The position numbers were made by a program, and so were the translations under genes. Shown here piece after piece: positions 18,156-24,939 of a stretch of DNA of 43,405 nucleotides. Source of the stretch: Verrucomicrobiia bacterium (lineage in GTDB: Bacteria > Acidobacteriota > Terriglobia > Acidiferrales > UBA7541). Numbering within the stretch: the stretch's first letter is position 1; every line of letters begins with the position of its first letter. The stretch is taken from the NCBI GenBank assembly GCA_035566475.1, contig DATMRE010000109.1, forward strand, positions 1-43,405, in the 5' to 3' direction. Under the pieces are notes generated by a model. That model was not told where the DNA came from and did no database searches. It saw only the letters and a list, made by a program, of their open reading frames with translations.

Positions 18156-19277
18156 GTGACCGAATCATGCAAGATCATCGCGGTCCTGCCCGGAGACGGA
18201 ATCGGGCCGGAGGTGACTCGCGCCGCTGTTCAATTGCTCACGGATTGCGCCACGGCGTTCTCTCATAAATTCGAATTCCGCGAACTACCGTTTGGTGGAG
18301 ACGCGATCGATCGCTGCGGCGTGCCCCTGCCGGAGGAAACGCTGGCCGGATGCCGCTCAGCCGATGCGATACTTCTCGGCGCAATCGGCGGACCCAAGTG
18401 GGATTCACTCGATCTCCCCAAGCGCCCCGAAGCGGGGCTACTCTCGCTGCGCAAGCAACTGGATCTTTACATCAACTTCCGGCCGATTCGCCTACGGCCT
18501 GCGCTGCGGGGCATCTCGCCACTGCGGCCCGAGCGGCTGGTCGACTGCGACTTCGAAATCATTCGCGAGCTGGCCGGAGATATTTATTTCGGCGAGCACG
18601 AGCTGGTGGGCGAGAAGAGCGAAGCTCGCGCGCGCGACGTCGCCGAATACACCGCCGCGGAAGTCGAGCGTGTCGCTCGCTACGGCTTCGAGCGCGCCAC
18701 GTCCCGCAACCGGCATTTGACCAGTGTGGACAAGGCCAACGTCCTGGCCACGTCCCGGCTCTGGCGTCAGACGGTCACGGCAGTTTCGCGCGAATATCCC
18801 GGCATCACGCTCGAACATCTCTACGTCGACAACGCAGCGATGCAGATTCTGCTTCGCCCCTCGCAGTTTGACGTGATCCTCACGCCGAATCTTTTCGGTG
18901 ACATTCTGAGCGACGAAGCGGCCGCGCTGGCAGGTTCGATCGGCTTGATTCCGTCAATGAGCCGAGGCCGCACGGAGAAGGTCGCACTCTATGAGCCGAT
19001 CCATGGATCGGCTCCGACACTTGCCGGAAAAGACGTCGCCTGCCCCCTGGGCGCGATACTTTCCGCAAGCCTGATGCTGCGGGAATCTTTCGGCCTGGAG
19101 ATCGAATCCCAATGGATCGAGGCAGCGGTCGATCGCGTGCTCGATCGCGGATATCGCACGACCGACATCGCCGAGACGGGCGGACGAGTTGTCGGCGCCT
19201 CCGAACTCACCGAGCGTATCCGCGGTGAATTGCATGACGTCCTTGCCCACCACGAGCGCTACGGCTGGGGCGTCTAA
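18156..19277 (+). CDS. leuB: 3-isopropylmalate dehydrogenase
   Basis: Motifs IAVLPGDGIGPEV, NLFGDILSDEAA and YEPIHGSAP are present. GTG 18156 lies 6 nt after GGAGG and 15 nt after the leuA stop. Confidence 0.9.
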   Translation: MTESCKIIAVLPGDGIGPEVTRAAVQLLTDCATAFSHKFEFRELPFGGDAIDRCGVPLPEETLAGCRSADAILLGAIGGPKWDSLDLPKRPEAGLLSLRKQLDLYINFRPIRLRPALRGISPLRPERLVDCDFEIIRELAGDIYFGEHELVGEKSEARARDVAEYTAAEVERVARYGFERATSRNRHLTSVDKANVLATSRLWRQTVTAVSREYPGITLEHLYVDNAAMQILLRPSQFDVILTPNLFGDILSDEAAALAGSIGLIPSMSRGRTEKVALYEPIHGSAPTLAGKDVACPLGAILSASLMLRESFGLEIESQWIEAAVDRVLDRGYRTTDIAETGGRVVGASELTERIRGELHDVLAHHERYGWGV

Positions 19278-19306
19278 ACGCCTGTTCGCCTTCCGCGCCC
19301 GGAATC

Positions 19307-19966
19307 CTAGATCTTCCTTAAGACCAGGCAACTCGCGATGATGTCGTGGAGCGCCTGCTTCTTTTCAGTGAATCCAGCCATGATGTACCCGACGAAGAAG
19401 GGAATCAGACCCGTGAGGAGCTTTGCGAAGAAGCGGCCGCTGGCACGCCCGAAGCTGATCCGTCGACCCTGCATGTCCGTGACGATCAAGCCGAGCGCCA
19501 TCTTCCCAAGCGTACCCTGGTAGGCGGAGCTTTCCATCGAGGCATAGTAAAGCCACCCCAGCACGAATATGGCGGCAAAGGAAACGGTGAGAAAAAATAC
19601 GAACATCAACGGAAAAACCGGATTCTCCCTATTCACCTGCCGGCTCAAGTCTCGAAAAAACCCCACACCCAGGAACGCTATCGGAATTAGAAAGATGATT
19701 CCAAGCACGATGCTCGAAACCGCCCCATCGATCAGATGGGCAACCAGGCGCAGCCAAAATCCTGCATATGCAGCAGAAGGCGGTTGAGCAAACGGAGCGC
19801 CGGGCAACGCGGCCGGGGGGGCAGCGATCGGAGGCGTGCCAGGTGAAATAACCGAAGGCGGCGCTGCTTCGAGTGCGATTGCCGGGGGCGGATTCGCCGG
19901 TTGACCGCACATCCTGCAAAACGCTGCGCCTTCCGCGACAGAAGTCCCACAGTTGGTGCAGAACAT
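19307..19966 (-). CDS. zinc-ribbon plus RDD family membrane protein
   Basis: N-terminal MFCTNCGTSVAEGAAFCRMCGQP, then a Pro/Ala-rich linker. The RDD-type core runs YAGFWLRLVAHLID ... GRRISFGRASGRFFAK ... ALHDIIASCLV. AGGAG precedes the ATG. Confidence 0.85.
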   Translation of the reverse strand: MFCTNCGTSVAEGAAFCRMCGQPANPPPAIALEAAPPSVISPGTPPIAAPPAALPGAPFAQPPSAAYAGFWLRLVAHLIDGAVSSIVLGIIFLIPIAFLGVGFFRDLSRQVNRENPVFPLMFVFFLTVSFAAIFVLGWLYYASMESSAYQGTLGKMALGLIVTDMQGRRISFGRASGRFFAKLLTGLIPFFVGYIMAGFTEKKQALHDIIASCLVLRKI

Positions 19967-20000
19967 CTCCTCACTCCTTGGGCCTCGGGTCGCGGCCCGA

Positions 20001-20624
20001 TCACACCTTGCGGGTCACCAGGCACCCCGCGATGATGTCGTGCAGCGACTGCTTTCTTTGGGTGAAACCCGCCATGAAAAAGCCGACCAGGAGAAGCATT
20101 CCCGAAATGATTTTCGCGAAATAGCGGCCCGACGCCCGCCCGAAGCTCACCCGGCGGCCCTCGAGATCGGTAACCATGAGCCCGAGAACCTTCTTACCGA
20201 GCGTCGCCTGCCACGGAGAACTCTCCATCAGCGCCCAGTAAACCCAGCTCGCCATCACAACCAAAAGACGCATGGCGACGATTTGCCGGCTTGGGCTCGT
20301 GTAGAACGTCCAGGGATTGTCGACCGAGATCCCGGCGCGATCCATCAGAGGCATGAAAATCACCACTCCGACAGCGAAGCCGAGGACGATCGAGTCGATG
20401 ATGTAGGCGACCAGCCGCAGCCAGAAGCCGGCATATTTGACCGGGGCGCGTGAACGTGCCTCGGCTTCGAGCGAGGAGCCTGCTTGGGCCGCCGATGACC
20501 CCGTCATCGGTTGTCCGCACACACTGCAGAACACCGTGCCGTCCGGTACCACCGCCCCGCACTTCGAACAATGCAATTTAGAGCCCCTTTCCAGCACGAT
20601 CGGCTGAAAGCAAGACTTACTCAC
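20001..20624 (-). CDS. zinc-ribbon plus RDD family membrane protein (paralog of the downstream gene)
   Basis: HCSKCGAVVPDGTVFCSVCGQP followed by YAGFWLRLVAYIID ... GRRVSFGRASGRYFAK ... SLHDIIAGCLV. The start is uncertain: ATG 20624, or TTG 20576 preceded by AAGGGG. Confidence 0.8.
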   Translation of the reverse strand: MSKSCFQPIVLERGSKLHCSKCGAVVPDGTVFCSVCGQPMTGSSAAQAGSSLEAEARSRAPVKYAGFWLRLVAYIIDSIVLGFAVGVVIFMPLMDRAGISVDNPWTFYTSPSRQIVAMRLLVVMASWVYWALMESSPWQATLGKKVLGLMVTDLEGRRVSFGRASGRYFAKIISGMLLLVGFFMAGFTQRKQSLHDIIAGCLVTRKV

Positions 20625-20915
20625 GCCCTGTGGGCCAAGCGAGCGATCCCCGAGCTCGGCGAACTACGATGGGCGATCGATGAGCGTGTACGGGCAGTCG
20701 CCAGGGAAATCCCGCTCTGCGTCCGGAGGCTCAACTCGGTGCGCATCCTACTGGACTCGGAACCGGTGGGTCAACGCATTTCGTGTTGCCGCGACCCCGG
20801 GTGCGGCGCCGAAACGACTGACCCGGCCAGGACCCGGGGTCGTCGGTCCCTAGGGACGACAACGCCAGAACCCGATTCGGTTCGGTCCCACTGAAGTTGG
20901 TGCGGGAACTCCGGT

Positions 20916-22037
20916 CTAGGAGCGCCAGCGGAGAGTGACAGGGCCCGGAACCGGATGGCGCATCGGCTCGCCGGTGCGCAGCGACTCGAGATACGCGGCC
21001 TTCAACTCGAAGTACCAACGCGCCTGGCGATCGGCATCATCGATCAGCATCATGCGGTCTTCATAGGCGAGTCCGGTCGCCTGCTTCTTGATCACGTCCG
21101 TGTCTTGACGGATGAATCTCGGCCCGAGCACGCGGATGATGAATGAGACAATCGGGAACCAGGGAAGAATATTCCACGCGGCGCAGAAATCAAGCCGGCA
21201 GAGATTACTGTGGATGGGTGTGACAGTCGTGCGACTCGTCAACCAGTAGCGACCCGCGCGGATCTGTTCGTAGCGCCGGTTCGGGAGTACGAAATCGATC
21301 ATCGTCACGCCGGCCTCGCCGGTGATGAGTTTCAGGATTTTGTACGGCGCACTGTTGGCCGAAGGCGCATGAGGGCTCATGCGAAAGCCGTTGGGGATCG
21401 GCTCGAACTGCTTGGACTTGTCGCGGATGCTCCGCCGCGTTCGCCACCACCACGCCTGGTGCACGAACGGGCCATGGGCCGGGTCCATCAACCCGATAAT
21501 CCCGTGGTCTACGCTGCATGGCAGGTTGGCTGAGAGATGCGCGATCTTGTAATGTGGGCTGAAGGTCGGAAGCGCCGGCACGGGCGGCGGAACGGCGTCG
21601 GTCGTGCGGCCCTCCGGATTCGTCATGAAAACCCAGATATAGCCGTCGGACTCCTCGCACGGGAAGCTACCGGCGTAAATCCGCTCGCACTTGAGCTTCG
21701 AATCGACCGGGAGTGACGGAATTACGCGGCACTGGCCCGTGTGCGCGTCAAATTGCCAGCCGTGATAGGCGCACTCAATGGCGTTGCCGTCGAATTGGCC
21801 AAACGAAAGCGGGAATGCGCGATGGGGGCACACATCGCGCAACGCAAACGGTCTCCCTTCCGCGTCTCGTCCCACGACGAGTGGCACGTCGAGCAGCATC
21901 GCGCGCCTGATCTTCCGCCCGCGCACCTGGTCGCTGCGCAGCGCGGGATACCAGAACCCCCACATCATCCGGCCTGCGTCGTTGCTCGATTTCGAAGAAG
22001 TAGGCTCGCTCATCGGCGGGCGCTTATCGTAGTACAT
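20916..22037 (-). CDS. Rieske [2Fe-2S] non-heme-iron oxygenase (PaO/KshA-like alpha-subunit architecture)
   Basis: Rieske motif CPHRAFPLSFGQFDGNAIECAYHGWQF, followed by a catalytic domain of about 230 aa. The start is uncertain (TTG 22055, ATG 22037 or ATG 22013). Confidence 0.85.
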   Translation of the reverse strand: MYYDKRPPMSEPTSSKSSNDAGRMMWGFWYPALRSDQVRGRKIRRAMLLDVPLVVGRDAEGRPFALRDVCPHRAFPLSFGQFDGNAIECAYHGWQFDAHTGQCRVIPSLPVDSKLKCERIYAGSFPCEESDGYIWVFMTNPEGRTTDAVPPPVPALPTFSPHYKIAHLSANLPCSVDHGIIGLMDPAHGPFVHQAWWWRTRRSIRDKSKQFEPIPNGFRMSPHAPSANSAPYKILKLITGEAGVTMIDFVLPNRRYEQIRAGRYWLTSRTTVTPIHSNLCRLDFCAAWNILPWFPIVSFIIRVLGPRFIRQDTDVIKKQATGLAYEDRMMLIDDADRQARWYFELKAAYLESLRTGEPMRHPVPGPVTLRWRS

Positions 22038-22345
22038 CGGCAGGGCTGGCCGCAAAGGGGCTGCCGCTCGCGCCGCGATCGTTCGATACCCTCACGAGAG
22101 AAGCGCCTGAAAGTCTTGGCACAACGGGGCGCAAACAACCTGTGCCAGTCGGGGGGTACCTTCGTACTAAAAAGGATTGAACCAATGGTCTATCGACTGG
22201 CGCGGGGGCCAGAGGCAGAATCGCTTTAGATTCGGGGACGGTAGGGAGACCCCGGCGTAAGACCAAGGAAGGGAACCCTTCGCGGCCGCCGGTTCGCCCG
22301 GAAACATCCTCGAATTTTTGCACCCTCTACAACCCTCAATACCCC

Positions 22346-22381
22346 GAGCGGCCGGCCCCCCCCGGCCGCTCATTTTTTTTT
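22346..22381 (+). terminator. rho-independent terminator (10-bp GC stem, C6 loop, A+T9 tail)
   Basis: GAGCGGCCGG-CCCCCC-CCGGCCGCTC is followed by ATTTTTTTTT. The T-run is on the + strand only. Confidence 0.8.
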
Positions 22382-22570
22382 CGCCCGTACCCTCCATTGT
22401 TCGTTCGAGTTCTGTCGGGAACTCGCTTTGGCCCTCGCCCCACCCTCGAGAGTCGTTTCCTGCTACCATTGCGCCTGGCCCGGATTGCCATTCTCTCCGC
22501 CCTCGCAGGAGAATGTTCGACCGAGCTCGCCGCAGTTGTTTCTCGACGCGGTCGAACGGCTTACGATCTG

Positions 22571-23692
22571 ATGAAACGGCCAATTCGAATGATCTCGGCG
22601 TCGCTGGTTCTCGCGCTTTACGGCGGTGGCTTGATCGAATCTTTCGCGCAGAGCCCCGCAACCGTGCCTGCGCGAGCCAGCCGGTCCGGAACCAGCACGT
22701 GGGTGTTTGCCGTTTCCGGCGACTCACGCAATTGCGGCGACGTCGTGATGCCGGCAATTGCTGCGAGCGTGAAGAAAGAAGGCGCTGCGTTCTACTGGCA
22801 TCTCGGCGATTTCCGGAAGATTTCCGATTTCGACGAGGACATGCAGCATCGGCCCGATCACCTCGCCAAGCCTTTGAGCATCTCCTCCTACCAGGCCGGC
22901 GCCTGGGATGATTTCATCGAGAACCAAATCGCAGCCTTCGGCAGGACTCCCGTCTACCTCGGGATTGGCAACCATGAAACGACCCGTCCGAAAACGCGCG
23001 AGGAATATCTCCTCCGGTTCGCGAGCTGGATCGATACCCCGGCCCTGCGAAACCAGCGGTTAAGGGATGATGCGCATGCGTCCATGCTCAGGACCTATTA
23101 CCGCTGGACCGAGAGCGGGGTCGACTTCATCACCCTCGACAACGCAACGCGGGAGGAGTTCGATTCCGACCAGATGGCCTGGCTCGACAAGACACTCGCG
23201 GCCGATTCGTCCAATGCTCGAATTCACACGATCGTCCTCGGCATGCACGAAGCATTGCCGGAAAGCATTTCGAAGGACCACAGCATGAACGAATCCATGG
23301 ATGGAACCGAAAGCGGGCGACGCGTCTACGCGGACCTGCTCAAAGCGCAGCGCGAGGCGCACAAGCGCGTTTACGTCCTGGCCAGCCATTCTCACTACTT
23401 CATGGATGGCATTTTCAACACCGATTACTGGCGCGCCCACGGAGGTGTCTTGCCGGGCTGGATCGTGGGCACCGCCGGGGCCGAGCGCTACCCGCTTCCT
23501 GCAGACTCAGCTTCGGCGCGCGCTGCTGAAACCAATGTTTACGGCTTCCTTCTCGCAACCGTCAAGCCGGACGGTGCAATTGATTTCGCATTTCAACCTG
23601 TGCGCGAACCGGACGTACCGGCGCCGGTCGTCGATCGATACGGGCAGCCGTTCGTTCACTGGTGTTTCACCGAGAATTCCGTCGCCCATTGA
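22571..23692 (+). CDS. secreted calcineurin-like metallophosphoesterase
   Basis: Signal peptide MKRPIRMISASLVLALYGGGLIESFAQ. Phosphoesterase motifs are present: AVSGDSRNCGD, WHLGDF, GIGNHE and a later SHSH. Confidence 0.85.
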   Translation: MKRPIRMISASLVLALYGGGLIESFAQSPATVPARASRSGTSTWVFAVSGDSRNCGDVVMPAIAASVKKEGAAFYWHLGDFRKISDFDEDMQHRPDHLAKPLSISSYQAGAWDDFIENQIAAFGRTPVYLGIGNHETTRPKTREEYLLRFASWIDTPALRNQRLRDDAHASMLRTYYRWTESGVDFITLDNATREEFDSDQMAWLDKTLAADSSNARIHTIVLGMHEALPESISKDHSMNESMDGTESGRRVYADLLKAQREAHKRVYVLASHSHYFMDGIFNTDYWRAHGGVLPGWIVGTAGAERYPLPADSASARAAETNVYGFLLATVKPDGAIDFAFQPVREPDVPAPVVDRYGQPFVHWCFTENSVAH

Positions 23693-23731
23693 CAGGCATC
23701 TCGCTCAGCTCGAGTGACTCTGGTCTTGAAA

Positions 23732-24775
23732 ATGACACCGGAACCAAACTCCCTCTCGCAACGAACCGGACCGGCCGGGTCCGCCCGTCCACTGATCTAC
23801 GAGACGCTGAACGCCTACCAGCGAACGGCAGCACTGAAAGCAGCGATCGAACTCGACCTCTTCACCGCGATCGGCGAAGGGACGAATACGGTTCGATCGA
23901 TCGCAGAAAGCCGCCAGGCGACCGAACGGGGCGTGCGAATCCTTTGCGATTTTCTTGCGGCGATAGAAATACTGACCAAACATGACGAGCAGTATTCTCT
24001 GACCGAGGAATCGGCGAGGCTTCTCGATCGCCGCTCGCCTGCCTGTATTGCATCCGCGGCGGGCTTTCTCACTCTCCCGGAAGTCGTGGACAGTTTCAAG
24101 GATCTTGCCGGCGTCGTGCGCAACGGCCTCCCGGATATGGCTGGTGAGGGGACAGTCGAGCCGGAGAATCCCATCTGGGTCGATTTCGCGCGCTCCATGG
24201 GAACCTTGCAGGCCCCGACCGCCGAAACGATGGCCGCAGTTCTAAATTCCGGAGCCGGAGAGGGTTGGAAAGTGCTCGACATCGCTGCCGGTCACGGAGT
24301 TTACGGCATCGCGGTGGCCAGGCACAACCCGAACGCCGAAATTTTCGCCTTGGACTGGCCGGCTGTACTGGATGTGGCCAGGGAAAATGCGCGCCACGCG
24401 GGAGTCGAAGCGCGCTATCACTCTATCCCCGGCAGCGCCTTCGAGGTCGATTTCGGCAGCGGGTACGACGTTATCCTTCTGACCGGTTTTCTCCACCACT
24501 TCGGTCCTGAGGTGATCGGAACTTTATTGCGAAAACTGCGTGGGGCACTTGCGCAGAATGGACGCGTCGCCACGCTCGAGTTCGTTCCCAACGAAGATCG
24601 CGTCACGCCGCCCGATACAGCCACCTGGACCATCAATATGCTGGCAATGACCCGGTCAGGCGACGCCTACACGTTCGCCGAATATCGGCGGATGTTTCGC
24701 AGTGCGGGCTTCCGCTCCAACGAGCTCGTGCGTCTGCCCGCGAACCCACAAAGCGTGATTCTCTCCCGGGAATAA
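23732..24775 (+). CDS. class I SAM-dependent O-methyltransferase (dimerisation domain plus Methyltransf_2-like)
   Basis: The N-terminal winged-helix dimerisation segment (AALKAAIELDLFTAI) and SAM motif I (VLDIAAGHGVYG) are present. It lies 40 nt after the phosphoesterase gene on the same strand. Confidence 0.85.
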   Translation: MTPEPNSLSQRTGPAGSARPLIYETLNAYQRTAALKAAIELDLFTAIGEGTNTVRSIAESRQATERGVRILCDFLAAIEILTKHDEQYSLTEESARLLDRRSPACIASAAGFLTLPEVVDSFKDLAGVVRNGLPDMAGEGTVEPENPIWVDFARSMGTLQAPTAETMAAVLNSGAGEGWKVLDIAAGHGVYGIAVARHNPNAEIFALDWPAVLDVARENARHAGVEARYHSIPGSAFEVDFGSGYDVILLTGFLHHFGPEVIGTLLRKLRGALAQNGRVATLEFVPNEDRVTPPDTATWTINMLAMTRSGDAYTFAEYRRMFRSAGFRSNELVRLPANPQSVILSRE

Positions 24776-24939
24776 GGTCAGCCAGATTGCAGGAGAGCTC
24801 CGAGGCCAAGTCCGGAAGCTCTAAGACTCAACCTTGACTCCTCCCGAGCGCTCCCGGAGAAGACGCCGGCTGGCGGCATCGTCCGCTTGCGCTTCCCGCA
24901 GGAGCCTTCCTTCCGCCGGTGACCGACTGCGGGCCGAGT

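Noticed and set aside
22117-22133. Sigma-54-like TGGCAC element (TGGCACaacggggcGC) in the candidate ncRNA region.
   Set aside because: The GG-to-GC spacing does not fit the strict -24/-12 geometry (GG-N10-GC), and the -12 TTGC is missing. TGGCACA is better explained as one arm of a hairpin with TGTGCCA at 22141-22147.
22090-22381. Possible RNase P RNA, tmRNA, SRP RNA or cobalamin/c-di-GMP riboswitch, suggested by scattered strings (GAAAGTC, GTGCCAG, GGGGGG, AGGGAA, GGGAGACC).
   Set aside because: The conserved cores are absent or out of order (GAGGAAAGUCCGGGC and ACAGAA.CCGGCUUA for RNase P; the GGUUCGA T-arm and CCA end for tmRNA; the GGUG.AAA.CC/GCCACUG B12 core). The length is also too short for RNase P or tmRNA. 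I keep it only as an unclassified candidate RNA.
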